Shown here: piece after piece, positions 40,008 to 53,505 of the stretch | How positions within the stretch are numbered: position 1 is the first letter of the stretch | Layout: every line of letters starts with the position of its first letter | NCBI RefSeq assembly: GCF_009914755.1 | Contig: NC_060935.1 | From: the human T2T-CHM13v2.0 reference genome, Homo sapiens | Direction: 5' to 3' (one strand) | DNA length: 64,000 bases | The notes under the pieces: model-generated | Databases searched by the model: none | What the model was told of the DNA's origin: nothing | The model's input: the letters and a program-made list of their open reading frames with translations, nothing else | Position numbers and translations under genes: made by a program

Positions 40008-43000
40008 CACTCTAAGAGTATCCTGGCCTAGGCTTTCTCCCTGAGATCTGGGATATAAACATGAAGATGTGTATCTGGGTCATGTCTGGAATTCTGAAGC
40101 CTCCTGACTGGGTTCCTTGACCCTCATTTCTTCCTTTTATCCCCCCACCCTTCCCACCTGCCAGCCATCCCATCCTTCCTACATGTTGTCTACTATAGAA
40201 CTAATTTAACTTCAAAAATATTTAAACTTTAAATAAAGTGTTTAAGTTATTCCCTAAGAGAGGTGAGCTTCAGTTACATAGAAAATGTCAACGGTTAGGA
40301 CTGGCCTCTCCCAGCAGAAGTGAAGGCACACTGTGTTCTCCTGCCTAGAGGGAAGACTGGGTGGTGTTAAAGGTATCCAGGAAACTCCAGAGGGACAGGT
40401 CTGGGCTTGCACTGTGGCTCCGGCCACTTGGCAGCCTGAGGAAGTGACTGTAGAGTCTGTCCTGCCCAGACCATTGTAGCTCCTGCCCAAGTTGGCAGCC
40501 CAGCACCAATCAATAAGTCCTGCATGGAAGAGTGATGTGCGAGGTGCTTGTCAGCATGGATAGATTGATTCCTCTCTGGTCCCTGTTCACGTTGTGTGTA
40601 ACGCATACCCCACCAGGGAGTCTTGGAGGGAAGAGGTGAAGGGCGAGATTCTGGCATCACCAGAAATTACTTGTAGATCCTGAAATGGGCAAGGCTTTCT
40701 CAGGCCTCCAGCACTTTCTACATGCTGTTTCCTTAGTCTCAGTCACCCTCATCTTTCCCTGAGTAACTCCTTGTCCTTGAAGACTCAGTGGAAGGTTACC
40801 TCCTCCTGAAAGCCTTCCTCACCCTCTGTCTAGATCAGAGGTCCATCCTGAGCTTCCAGCACCCTCCTTTTCTTTCTCCCCTGCTGGTGCAATTGTCCCC
40901 TTTGTGCAATGCTCTGCTTATTTGACTGTCTCCGATAAATGTCTCCTGTGAATGCCTACCAGTCTAAGGTGCTCTGGGACAAAGAAAAAATAATCAATAC
41001 ACTAATTAATCTATGTATTTACTCTCTGCCTTGCTCCAAAAATAATTTAAGGAAGCACAAGGATCAAATATGCCCCCAAGTAACTTTGAGTCTGGTGAGA
41101 CAGCAGACAACATAAGCATTTTAAAAATATATGACAAAGGCTGACAATGTGATCAAGTTGAGGGGTTGGGCAGGAGTGGGGACCCTCTCTCTGATCTCCT
41201 GCAGGACCAAGCATGACACACAAGGATGCTCAGTGAATGTTTGCGGAATGAGTGAGATGGGTTGAGAAGGAGGACCTGAAGGGGACTTGGAGATCACTTA
41301 TTTCAAGGGAGGAAATTGTAGTCAGAGAGGAGATGGGACAGTGCAGGAGCTCCCCAGTTAGTAGCAGTGCAGGACACAGAGCCCAGGACTATACGACATT
41401 AGTTGGTCATTCTAAGTCCCATTTATTGGATATGCAATAAGACAAGCCATAACTGAGGCTCTCTCTGAGCCTCAGTTTCTGTCCTGGACACCCAGAGATC
41501 CAATACATCTTTGTGAACCTATTCCCTTCATACAGGTCTTTAACACCCTGGGCGGCTGTCCTCAATAATCTGTGCTGCAACGTGGAGTAAATCTCTGACT
41601 TCTTTTCCTTCCCTTCTGTTGCTTTCTCTCTTTCTTTCATACCTTCACTCACTTACTCATGCACTCAGCGAATGTGTGCCGAGTCCCTACAGCATGCCTG
41701 GCTCTGTGCTCTATGTGCTACAGCTACAGTGGTAAAGAAGACCCAGGTCTTGCCTTCTGTAACTCAGTACTCTCCTAGTACTCACCCAGGCAGTTTTCAG
41801 AGCTACAGTTTCTTCACTGTGCATTGTCCTTCTATTCCTCCACAATTCTGTTCCTGCTGTGTGTCTGCCTGGAACATCCTATCTACTGATCTCCACACTT
41901 CTACTCCTCTTCTAAGGCCTCGTCCACAAGCTGCCTCCTCTGTAAAACCTCCCCTGAGGGTTCCATACCTCCTTGCTTTCTACCATAATCCTACTGTACT
42001 GTATTGGTAAATTCTGTCTGTTGGTCCCGCTACTGTGAACTCCAGAAGGCCTTGGACAGTGTATTTTTACCATTGTATCTACAGCAGCAGGGAACTAGCA
42101 AATGCTCAGGAAACCTTGGCTGAAGTGGCTGAACTTCCTGACCAGCATGTTCTAACTAGTCTGGGGAGTTCTAACCTCTGGTGAGAGGGCAGAATCGTCC
42201 TCATTCCACTACACGTCCTACCTGCAAAGCTAGCACAATTATGCTGTGCAGCTTACCTCTGCTCTCAGAAGTCGATCCCAGCTTGCCCAGGACCCAGGGA
42301 CCCTCCTCCTGCACTCTGGGCTGCTTGCCCCTGCATCCTTGTGTGTCCCACCTAATCTCTGCTTAGGACTTTCTGCAGATTTGCTGGGGAATGTGCATAA
42401 TCAAAAGTAAGAAAATCTACTTTTGTAACATTTCCACAAATAAAAAATACTCATAGACACTTAAGCTTTTCTGGCCACACCAGAACATTTTGGTAAATTT
42501 CCTTTAGGAAGAAAGAATGATCTCCCCTTGCAAAGTTGTAGTCATACTAGCCAAGGCATAGGAGACTACAGACACAGGCAAGACCCTGCCTTGGAATAAG
42601 ATGGCTGGGGTTGAGCCTGGCTCTGTCATGATAGCTACAAGGTCTCAACAACTTATTTCTTCTCCCTGAGAAGCCTCCAGGTCCTTACCTGTAAATCAGA
42701 GTTAATAGCACAACCCTTGCATTGGTGCAATGAAGATTAAATTAGGAGGTAAGACTCTTGACATATTGACTGTGACACTGTACTCAGTAAGGATTAGTAC
42801 TCTCATGAAGGAATGGGGAAGGTGAGTAGAATGAGAAGAATATCATTTCTCATTGTAGTTTATACTTCTGAAATTGATTCTACACACACTGTCACATTTA
42901 CGCCTCAATCAACATGTGATATATGCATGATATTATCCTTTTCTTATAGAGAAGGTATCTGAGGCTTAGGGATGTTGAATAATTTGCACAGGATCATACA

Positions 43001-43162
43001 GGCAGGAGAGATGGATTCACCAATTCTCTGACTCTAAATCTGGAGTTTCAATGGCCACCAGCCACTGAGGAAGCTGCTAGCATGGGTCTACAGCTGGAGA
43101 AGTACTCCTCCTCAGACCATCACCTCTATTGGACCAGGATCACAAGCCCCAAATAACCCTAG

Positions 43163-43486
43163 TATATGGTAGACATGGTCAGTGCTCACTGAAAAGCCCC
43201 TGTTCTTCGCAGCCAATATCCACTTTCCTTATAGAGAGGTTGAAGTGAGTGGCATGGAGATGTGTAATTTCCGGGCCAAGAAACAATGAGCCCCTCTGTA
43301 CTGTTCCTCTTCTGTGGTGGTGACCCTCAAAGCCATGATTTCCAGAATGCAGAGCTATAAGAGGGGGGCTCTACTTGGCCCTCATCTGTGATATGAGCAG
43401 GAAACGCATCTTTGTTGAGTCAACATCGCTGGGTTTGGGGGTTCTTTGCTGTTATATCTTATCTTAGTCTACCCGGACTGCTGTGT
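43163..43486 (+). mobile_element. Old MaLR LTR (MLT1I/J-like)
   Basis: MLT1-like 3' part (gagcaggaaacgcatctttgttgag...gggtttgggggttctttg). Confidence 0.5.
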
Positions 43487-43964
43487 CTAGGTTCAAACTA
43501 TCGATTGATCACCAAATAAACACCACAGGGAATAACAGTTGGCATGTAGTATCTGATTTAATCTTACCCTACGCACTAGGTAGCATCACCCTTATTTTGC
43601 GAATACAGAAACTGAAATCTAAGGATTAAATTTAAAAATGAAATAAAAAGAATAAATTGCCCAAGATAACATGGCTAGCCTGTTTTCAAATGTCTTGTTT
43701 TCAAGCTTTTTGTCATTCCTTTTGTCCTTAGTTTTCGCATCTGTAAAAAGGGGGATGGGGCTGGACCAGATGCTTTTAACATTTATCCCACCTCTCATAA
43801 TTATAATTACATGACTCTTCCAGCTTTGCCCGCCCTCCTGGCCTCCTAATGTGTGGCTGACCCAGATGTTGAGCCTCTAGGTAGATAGAGCTCCAGTCCT
43901 GCCCTACAACCCCAGTCTTGCTGCCGATCGCATCTGTCCAGAAAAGAAGAGTGATTTGACTACT

Positions 43965-44320
43965 GGTTCACTCACTCGTTCACTCAATCAATTATTCTAT
44001 TATTTATTCATTTCTACTTAATACTGACTCAGTCATTCATTTACAGATGCCTTCCACTTCCTCTTCCACCACCTGCTGGCCAAAGCTCATATTCAGTTCC
44101 CCCAATTTTCACTCATTTATTTCCTCAAAATCACACTTGTTCACTCATTCACTTGTTAGCTTCTTCATTTATTTTCTTGTTGATTTATTTATTCACGAAT
44201 TCATTTTTTACTTATTTATTTCTTCATTTATTCATTCATTAAGTAAATCATTCATTTACCATTTTCATTCTTTCTATCCTTCATTCACTCCCTTCTCCAT
44301 GCACTCACTCACTCATTCCC
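43965..44320. repeat. (TTCA/CTCA)n degenerate repeat containing a 39-bp foreign insert
   Basis: Repeated tcattcattt/cactcactc units, interrupted at 44048-44086. Confidence 0.7.
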
Positions 44321-45039
44321 TACTCTCCTTCCTCCCTATTCCCCAGTGCAGCATCCTCCCAGGAAGCAGAGCCTCCATCATGGCTGGGGCCATTAGTCCT
44401 CCCTCCCAGAACACTCTCTTCCATTTTAACATCCTGCTTGTTGATCTGTGCAGGCATATCTCCTGGTGTGCAGGGGATATGCTTTCCACTCAGAAACTGA
44501 TGTTCTTGTAATTACTGTTTTGACTTTCACCCTCTAATGATAGAAAATTCTTTCCACAAACTCCTCTAGTATCCAGGAAGGCAACCGTGCAGAATGGGCA
44601 AGGCATGCAGTGCCTGGGGGTTCAGATTCCAGAACACAGGGTATTCCTGGCAGTCAGAGCTCGGGGGACTTGGGGAGAGCCTCTCTTCTCCAGGACTTTG
44701 CAACCTGGGGTGCAGGGCTGAGATGGAGATGGGGGCATCTCGGAGAGCAGCAGACTTGGGGAGCCAGGTAAAGGAGTGTGAAGAAAAAGCGGCCCATCTC
44801 AAGACTGTGGAGTCATAATCTGTCTGTACTTGGGTTACTACAGTGACAGGTGCCAGGGTCAGGGGTGAATATAGAGGCTTATCAGCATGTCACCAGTGAG
44901 AATAAGTTGTCAGCAATATCATGGCAGAAGATCAACATTACAATTTACTGACCTCTTACCCTGTATCAGGTATTTCTCATACTTTATTCTAGTTGTCCCT
45001 CAATGATCAATCTCCCCATCTTTCATTTAGAAATTTAAT

Positions 45040-45450
45040 CCTTTGAGTTTTAGCTGGTTCCATGACCTCTCAGCCAAAGACTAGATTTCCCGGATTCCCT
45101 TGCAGTGAGGCATGACTGTCTAAGTTTGGGCCAATGGGTGTGAGCAGAGGTGTTATGTGCAACTTTTTGCTTGCAGTTTTAGAAAAAAGCCGGTTGCCTT
45201 CCACTTCCTCTTCCACCACCTACTGGCTAAAGCATGGCCCTTTTTAGTGAGCCATCTTTGTCTCTGGGGTTAAGGGCATCTTGAACAGCATGTTAGAAAA
45301 AGATAAAAGAAGCCCTGAAGAACCTTGTGAAGTAGAACATCTCTATCCCCCTGGCTGAGATTTTATGTGCAAGAGAAACAAGCTTCTTTTATGCTTTGGC
45401 CACCACTGTTCTGATCTCTGTTAAAGCAGCCACGCCAGTGTCTACTAATC
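45040..45450 (+). mobile_element. ERVL LTR (LTR16-like)
   Basis: gactagatttcccggattcccttgcagtgaggcatgactgtctaagtttgggccaatgggtgtgagcagagg. Confidence 0.6.
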
Positions 45451-45552
45451 CCAGGAGGAAACCTCTTTGCCCACATTACGTCTTCTTGAGGATAAACTTC
45501 CCTTATGGGAACACTCTTGCCTTACCTTATTCCATTACTAATTTCTCCTTTT

Positions 45553-46200
45553 CATGGTTGAAACGTGTGCCTTCAAAATTCATGTCCACTGAAAATCTCT
45601 GAATGTAATCTTATTTGGAAACATGGTTTTGCAGATGTAATTAAAAGATTGATATAAGACCACACTGGATTAGGGTGGGCTCTAAATCCAACGAGGGGCT
45701 CCTTACCAGACAGAAAGGACACACAAAGACACAGAGGGGAAGGCCATGTGAAGTGGGGGTGGAGACTGCAGTGATGTGTGTCCCCAGGCCAAGGAGTGCT
45801 GTGGAGTGCTGACAGCCGCCATAGCTAGGAGAGGAGCATGGAGTGGATTCTCTCAGAGCCTCCAGAAGGAGCCACTTCGCCAATACCTGGACTGCAGACT
45901 TTTAGCCTGTCCAACTGTGATAGCATATGTTTCTGTTGTTTTAAGTCAGCAACAACTTGTTCTCTGTGAAAGGAGTTCAACCTTTATCTTGTGGTCAGTG
46001 GGGACCCATTGAAGGGTTTGCAGTAGAGAAGAGATGATAACAAGAATGGCTAACATGGGTTGAGTACTAACTCTGCACCAGAAAATGACCCAAGTGCGCA
46101 CTTAGACATACCACCTCAGCTAATCCACAGCACAACATGGACACAGGTACTATCATTACCCCCAGTTACAAATTAGCAAGTTTGTGGTAATCTGAGTGAC
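45553..46200 (+). mobile_element. MLT1A-C-like MaLR LTR, interrupted at 45953-46174
   Basis: aaaattcatgtccactgaaaatctctgaatgtaatcttatttggaaac...gttgttttaagtcagcaa, then resumes agcaagtttgtggtaat at 46175. Confidence 0.75.
45961..46173 (+). repeat. Dispersed direct duplicate of 51507-51720 (L2/MIR junction)
   Basis: Shared aggagttcaacctttatctt...cagtggggacc...gagatgataacaag.atggctaaca...actaactctgcaccag...agttacaaat, roughly 80% identical by eye. Confidence 0.9.
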
Positions 46201-46409
46201 AATGATTGGGTTGGTGGGTGTGGGAGAAGGAACCGGACCTGCCTCACCCAGTACCCCCTGTATGGCCTATGAAGTGGCCTATGGAAAGCACAGCTCTTCT
46301 CCTCTCCTTGACGGGATGGCCAAGTCTGTCTAACTATAGGTCGAAGTGTTAGCAAGACCCTGTGTGCAGATCTAAAGCTGCCCTGTGGGCTTTCCATGGT
46401 AATTGGTGG

Positions 46410-46690
46410 AGGGCAGTGGTCAAGATCATGGCCTTGGAAGCCAGACCACCTGGCATTAAATCCTAGTCTTCCAGTTACTAGTTCTGTGATATGGGAAAAA
46501 TTAATTAAACTTTCAGTGCCTTGGTTTCTTCATCCATAAAATGGGGCTAAGAATAGTACCTACCTTATAGAAATGTTGTATTAGTTAACATCATAAAGGG
46601 CTTAGAACAGAGTTTGACAAATAGGAAATACTAAACAAGTATTAATGCTTAACTAGTGGTCATGATGCTATAAAGTATTTGCTGTTATTA
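46410..46690 (+). mobile_element. MIR, near full length
   Basis: gcagtggtcaagatcatggccttggaagccagac...catccataaaatgggg...agtacctaccttatag. Confidence 0.85.
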
Positions 46691-47975
46691 TTTATTTATT
46701 TATTTATTTATTATTATTGTTATCTGTCTGACTCCTCTATGTCTTAATTAATTTTGATTTTAGGCCAGGAAGATAAGTATTATTTTCTAGCTCCACTGGA
46801 ATCCCAAAACTTATTTAATTTTCTTTAGCCTGATTTTGCAGATGAGGAAACTAGGTCTGAGAGAGATGAAATGGCAAGCTCTGGACAGCCTTCGAGTCCT
46901 CCTCCACATTCCCTGGCTGCCCAGTCACCCATCTGGTCTAGTTGTTGGGTTTGCGGGCTCACCCCTCCCTGGCACCAGGTGGCAGGTCCTGGAAGGTCTC
47001 CCTCCTGGCTCCCAGGCAGTGTGCAGGAGCCCATTGGGAACTCCCTGGGCCAGCTGTTCATCTGCTGCACAGCATGCTGAGCCATGCAGCCTGGTCAAGT
47101 GGACATGGGCCCATATGAGGATCCATAGTCCCTGTTCATACAAGGCTGGCTGACTCTTCAGCTCTGAGGGAGCTATTTCTGCAGGCCCAAGGTGCGCTGC
47201 AGGGAAAGCAGGTTGCACATACATGCATAAACATGGTCCTTCTGCCTAAAAGGTCCCTAGACCTTGTCCCTGAGTGAAGGCAGCATGTTTAATGTAGAGA
47301 ACCAGCCTGCTTACCAGACACCTGACCCCACATACCAGTTCATTGGGAGGACAGAATTTCCCTCTGCCCAATGGCACAGACGATCTGAGAGGACAGGGGT
47401 GAGAGGGAGAGTGAGAGAAGGAAAGGGGAAGGGACATTTGTTGAGCATTTACTGCAGGCCAGGCACTATGCTAGTTGCTTCACGTTTGTATGAATATAAC
47501 AATTGTTATATTCATAAAAATCCTATGCTGTAAACTCATTTTAACAGGTGTGGAAACTGAAGCCCAACAAGCTGAAAACACTTGTACAAGCCACATAGCC
47601 AAGAAACACTGGAGGCCTGCCGAACTTTTTTTTTAATAGTTTTTTTGGGGGAACAGGTGGTTCTTGGTTAGATGAATAAGTTTTTTAACGGAGATTTTGG
47701 TGCACCCATCACCCGAGCAGTGCACCCTATACCCAATGTGTAGTCTTTTATTCCTCACACCCCTCCTACTCTTTCCCCTGAGTCCCCAAAGTCCATTGTA
47801 CCATTCTTATGCCTTTGCGCCCTCATAGCTTAGCTCCCATTATGAGTGAGAACATATGATGTCTGGTTTTCCATTCCTGAGTTACTTCACTTAGAATAAT
47901 GGTCTCTAACTCCATCCAGGTTGCTGCAAATAGCATTATTTCATTTCTTTTTATGTCTGAGTAATACTCCATGGT

Positions 47976-48823
47976 ATGTGTATATATATACACACACATA
48001 CATATATATATACACACACATATATATATATATACACATATATATACATGTATGTGTACATATATATTATATATACATATATACACACATATATACACAT
48101 ATATGTACATATATTATATATGGATATATATCGTATATAGGTATATATCCATATATATCATATATATCTATATAGTACTATATATCTATATATCTATATA
48201 TAGTGTATATATAGTGTATATATAGTATAGTATATAGTATATATATAGTATGTATATAGTATATATACACTATAAATACTATGTATATATAGTGTATATA
48301 CACTATATATACTATGTATATATAGTATATATACACTATATATACTATGTATATATAGTATATATGTATATATACAGTATATATAGTGTATATATGGCAT
48401 ACTATAGTGTATATATATACTATATATAGTGTATAGTATATAGTATACTATACTATATACAGTATATATAGTATATATAGTATATAGATATACTAGTATA
48501 TATAGTATATAGATATACTAGTATATATAGTATATAGATATACTAGTATATATAGTATATAGATATACTATATAGATACTATATATACTATATATAATAT
48601 ATAGTGTATATACTATATAGATATACTAGAATATATATAGTATGTAGTATATAGATATATATGTACTATATAGTATATATAGTGTATATATAGTGTATAT
48701 ATATAGTGTATACATATAGTGTATATATATACACTATACATACTATATATATACTATATAGTACTATATATATCTATATACTATATATACTATATACTAT
48801 ATATATACATATATATATCTATA
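47976..48823. repeat. Complex (TA)-derived expansion (TATAG/CTATA units) inside L1PB
   Basis: About 850 bp of TA-rich repeat, continuing as (TA)n(TG)n at 49174-49237 after the THE1A. Confidence 0.92.
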
Positions 48824-49172
48824 TAGTACGGTTTGGCTGTGTCCCCACCCAAATCTCAACTTGACTTGTATCTCCCAGAATTCCCGTGTGTTATGGGAGG
48901 GACACAGGGGGAGGTATTTGAATCATGGGGGCTGATCTTTCCCATGCTATTCTCATGATAGTCAAAAAGTCTCACAAGATCTGATGGGTTTATCAGGGGT
49001 TTCTGTTTTTGCTTCATCATTTTCTCTTGCTGCCACCAGGTAAGAAGTGCCTTTCACCTCGTGCCATGATTCTGAGGCCTCCCTAGCCATGTGGAACGGT
49101 AAGTCCAAGTAAACTCTTTTTGTTCCCAGTCTTGGGTATGACTTTATCAGCAACATGAAAATGGACTAATAC

Positions 49173-49173
<1 letters not shown>
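48824..49173 (+). mobile_element. THE1A solo LTR inserted in the (TA)n tract
   Basis: ggtttggctgtgtccccacccaaatctcaacttg...gatgggtttatcaggggtttc...gaaaatggactaatac, about 350 bp. Confidence 0.88.
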
Positions 49174-49224
<51 letters not shown>

Positions 49225-50574
49225 CATATATATACATGCACCACATTTTCCTTATCCACTCATTGACTGATGAGCATTTGAGCTGGTTTCATATTTTTGA
49301 AATTGTGAATTGTGCTCTTATAAACATGCTTGTACAAGTATCTTTTTCATATAATGACTTCTTTTTCTCTGGGTATCTACCCAGGACTGGGATTGCTGGA
49401 TCAAATGGTAGTTCTACTTTTAGTTCTTTAAGGAATCTCCACACTATTTTCCATAGTGGTTATACTAGTTTACTTTCCCACCAGCAGCATAAAAGTGTTC
49501 CCTTTTCACCACATCCATGCCAATATCTATTACTTTTTGATGTTTTGATTACGGACATTCTTGCAGGAGTGAGACAGTATTGTGTTGTGGTTTTGATTTG
49601 CATTTCCCTGATCATTAGTGATGTTGAGCAGCTTTTCATATCTTTGTTGGCCCTTTATATACCTTCTTTTGAGAACTGTCTATTCATGTTCTTAGCCTAC
49701 TTTTTGATGAAATTGTTTGTTTTGTTCTTGCTGATTTGTTAGAATTCCTTGTAGATTCTGAGTATTAGTCCTTTGTAGGATGTATAGTTGAGGAGATTTT
49801 CTCCTACTCTGTGGGTTGTTTGTTTATTCTGTTATTTCTTTTGCTGTGCAAAAACCTTTTGGTATCATTAGGTCCCATCTACTTATCTTTGTTTTTGTTG
49901 CATTTGCTTTCAGGTTCTTGATCATAAAGTCTTTGTCTAAGCCAGTATCTAGAAGGGTTTTTCCAATGTTATCTTCGAGAATTTTTATTGTTTCAGGTCT
50001 TAGGCTGAAGTCTTTGATCTATCTTGTGTTGATTTTTGTATAAGGTGAGAGATGAGGATCCAGTTTCATTCTTCTACATGTGGCTTGACAATTATCCAAG
50101 TACCATTTGTTGAATAGGGTGTCCTTTCCCCACTTTATGTTGTTGTTTGCTTTGTTGAAGATCACTTGACTGTAAGTATTTGGCTTTATTTCTGGGTTTT
50201 CTATTCTGTTCCATTGGTCTATATGAGGCCTGCCTAACTTTTTCTCTGACACCACATTATACTTACCTTCATTCTGAATAGGGAGTGTCCTTAAGGTCCA
50301 GAAGAGACCCAGAGCAGGTTCTACTGCATGTCTCAGCCACTAATCATCACCGCCAGCAGCAGTGTTGTGGGCAGCACTGAATCACACTTGACACTCCATG
50401 GGGGTCTTTTACTTGTATTATCTCTTTTGACTTGATGTAAGTCAAGACATGCTCTGCTAGTGATTGTACTAAGAAAGTTCCATAGCAGAAAGATGAAGGT
50501 ATTTCGTCTTCTGGACCCCACTGGCTCCATTTCTGGAAATGCCAAGGGCATAGAGCATGTTCTCTTTTTAAGAG

Positions 50575-51280
50575 GCTTTCATCAGCAAATTCAGCCATCA
50601 TTTCCCAATGCCCATTTGGTGCCAGGTACTATGCTTGGGTAGGGGATTCAGAGATGAATCATACAATCCCTGCCCCTGAAAGGTTTATGCACAAGTGGGA
50701 ATTATAGATCTGGAAGCTTAAGAATATCCATGATGAGGATGATAATAAACACTTATTGACTGCTTACTATTGGCTATTCTAAGTTATTGACCCTTATTAC
50801 CTTATTTAATCTTCATAAAACCCTGTTATTTGCTTCATTTAATTCAGGAGGAAACTGAGGCACAGAGAGAATGGAATTACTAATAAGTGGCAGAAGTGGG
50901 AACTGCATTCAGTCGGTCTAGCTCAATTTTGTAGTCATGCGGTGATTAATTTGCCCAGAATGGGTGAAGAGGTCAGTTACAGCTTCATAGAGAGGCAGAA
51001 TCAGTGCAGGGTTTTGAAGCATAGGCATTTGCCAGGCAGAAAACAGCTGACAGTGCACTAGGAAGTTCCAAACAGAAGAAGAATGAGAAAAGCATGAACA
51101 ATGGTTGAGAGGCACAAAACTATGGTGTGCAGAAGAATTTCCATGGAGTTCAGTATGGCTAGAACATAAAGCAGGGGAGTGGAGGGTGGGCTATAGTTTC
51201 AGAAATGAGGCTGCAGAGGGAACAGGAACTCTTAGAGGCTCATGAATGCCAGGCAGAGAAGCCAGAACATTTTATTCACC
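50575..51280 (-). mobile_element. L2 3' fragments interrupted by a MIR (~50740-50920)
   Basis: gtgccaggtactatgcttgggtaggggattcagagatgaa...cctgccc; L2 resumes near 50960. Confidence 0.6.
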
Positions 51281-52865
51281 CATTGAACAAGTGGAGTTTA
51301 TTTGTTGCATATGAGTAGTCTGGGGAGAGGCGGTTCAGGCCGGCACGGCAGTTCTACAGAGTTACCAAAGCCCAGGCTCCTTTCACATTTGAACTCTTCC
51401 ATACTTAGCATTTTCTGCCTGGTTGCGAGGTGGCTGCCACACCTCCAAGCATCATATCTGAGTTCACAGTGGGAAGAAGGGAGAAGGATAAAGAACAATG
51501 GCCTGGTCTTTGTGACAGGAGTTCAACCTTTATCTTATGGCCAGTGGGGACCTGTTGAAGGGTCTGAGGTAGGACAGAGATGATAACAAGGATGGCTAAC
51601 ATATATTGAGCAACTAACTCTGCACCAGAGAATATTCTAAGTGCACACTTATACATATCACCTCAACTAATCCATAGAGCAACCTAGATACAGAAACTAT
51701 CATTATCCCTAGTTACAAATAAAGAAAATAAGGAGACACAGAAAAGTTAAGAAAATTGCCCAAGGCTGCCTAGCCAGGAGCAGCAGAAACTGGGTAGTCT
51801 GCCTCCTGGGTCTTGCTGCTGATCACCACATTCTCGTGTATTTAGAAAGGTCCACTCCGACTGCCAGAAGGCTCCAGGTGAAGGGGATGGGGCTTGAGCA
51901 GGGTTGGTAGCCCAGTTGGAGGTGAAGGTGGCAGGGTAGGAGGGGAAGAGTCAGGACACAGAGAGAGACTTGGTGTGGGGTTGAGGGTGAGGGACGAGTG
52001 GAGGACACCCCCAGGTCTATCTGACCCTCCCCTCTCTAAACCAGGCTCCTTCTGTGTCCACAGGGCCTGCAAAACTGTGGCTGGGGCACCTACCCTGGAT
52101 GCATGTAGAGATTTAAAAAAATGAGTCATACCCTTGTAGCAGGCACAGCCTGACTCTGGTTTGACATCCACACTGACACCCACATCATTAACATGGTTCC
52201 CTGTGCAGACTCTCACCCTAGACAGTGCCAAGGATGGAAAAAGCATCAGCTAGTTTGCAGAACTGGGGCCATGGTTAGATCATTGTCTTGTGCCTGGCAG
52301 GCAGGAGCAGGGTGATGCTGAAGTCTGCTGCTGGCAGGAGCCTGAGATGGGCTCTGGGTCTGAGTAAAGGGGATAGAACAAAGATTTTGGGACTTCCATT
52401 CCAGCTGGACCTCAAGCCATCCCTCAGCAATCTCCTAAGCACCTATATGTGGCAGAACTTCAGTGGGGTGCTGGGGTACAGAAACAAATCTGATTATCTC
52501 CCAAGTCAAGAAGCTCCCAGTCCTCACAATGTCAGTACCTGGTGGTGGGTGCTGTGACACAGGAAAGCAGAGAGGGTTGTGGGAGAATGACATGGTGATC
52601 CAGGGGTGTGGGGGGATGCCAAACCAGTCTGGAGGTCAGGGTGGGCTTCCTGGAGGAAGGGACTGCAAGCTACTTTCCCATAGTGAAAAGTTGGCCGGGC
52701 AAAGAGTGGAACTGTATTTACTGGGACCACATGGACTAAAGGGAGAGGAGAGAAAGCTAGACACATAGAGGAGCATCTGTTACATCATCACACTCTGGCT
52801 CCTGGCATCTTGGTAGCTGGTTGATACAGCATCTGACTGCTGCAGAAAGCAAAGCTCTTTGTGCT

Positions 52866-53505
52866 TGCAGTAGATTCACCGCAAAATGAACACAATTCTT
52901 CCCCCCTTATATCCACACCCCTTTGCAATGTGACTCTGTAGCTCCTCCCATAGGAGGTGGAGTCCATTTCCCCACCTGTTAAATGTGGGCTCATCCTGTG
53001 ACTTGCTTTGATCAATAGGACGAGGCAAAGTTGTGATATGTGAGTTCTGAGCCCAGGCTTCAAGAAACCTTGCTCATCCCTGCCTGTTCTCTTGGAACTT
53101 TGCTCAGCTGCCCAGGTGAACAAGCCCAGGCTAGTTTACTGGATGACATGAGACACATGGCCCAGTCTACCCCCACCCACGCCATCTCAGTCCTTCATCT
53201 CAGATAACAATCAGCCTTCAGCTGATCCACCAGCTGACCTAGGGTGACCAGCTCATCCCCTTTCACCCAGGACCTTTCCTAACTTTAAAACTGGAAGTCC
53301 AATACCCCAGGAACCTCTTCAGTCCCAGGCAAATGGAGATGGCTGGTCACCCAGACCCACTTCAGATGCATGAATGAGCCTAGCCAAGCTTTATCTAGAT
53401 TAACAGAATTGCCCAGCTGACCACACACTCAGAAGTAATAATACACAGTTGTTTTAAAACATCAAGTTTTGGGTAGTTTGTTACACAGCAATAGATGAGG
53501 GATAC
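52866..53505 (+). mobile_element. MLT1F/G-like MaLR LTR
   Basis: ccctttgcaatgtgactctgtagctcctcccat...gtgacttgctttgatcaatag...gtagtttgttacacagcaatag. Confidence 0.75.
53240..53353. mobile_element. hAT-Blackjack MITE (MER81-like) nested in the MLT1 LTR
   Basis: Terminal inverted repeats tagggtgaccagc / gctggtcaccca, 114 bp. Confidence 0.75.

Larger units (their letters stand above)
47627..50224 (-). mobile_element. 5'-truncated L1PB inserted in a MIR
   Basis: Antisense L1PB 3' UTR (gagattttggtgcacccatcacccgagcagtg). TSD gaggcctgcc(g/t)aacttttt at 47612-47630 and 50225-50243. Confidence 0.9.

Noticed and set aside
39696-40044. Arg/Lys/Gly-rich and Pro/Leu/Phe-rich ORFs; likewise 61341-61731
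   Set aside because: They are translations of polypurine/polypyrimidine simple repeats.
44047-44511. 154-aa hydrophobic ORF resembling a membrane protein
   Set aside because: It is mostly (TTCA)n low-complexity sequence, and its ATG lies at the junction of the 39-bp insert.
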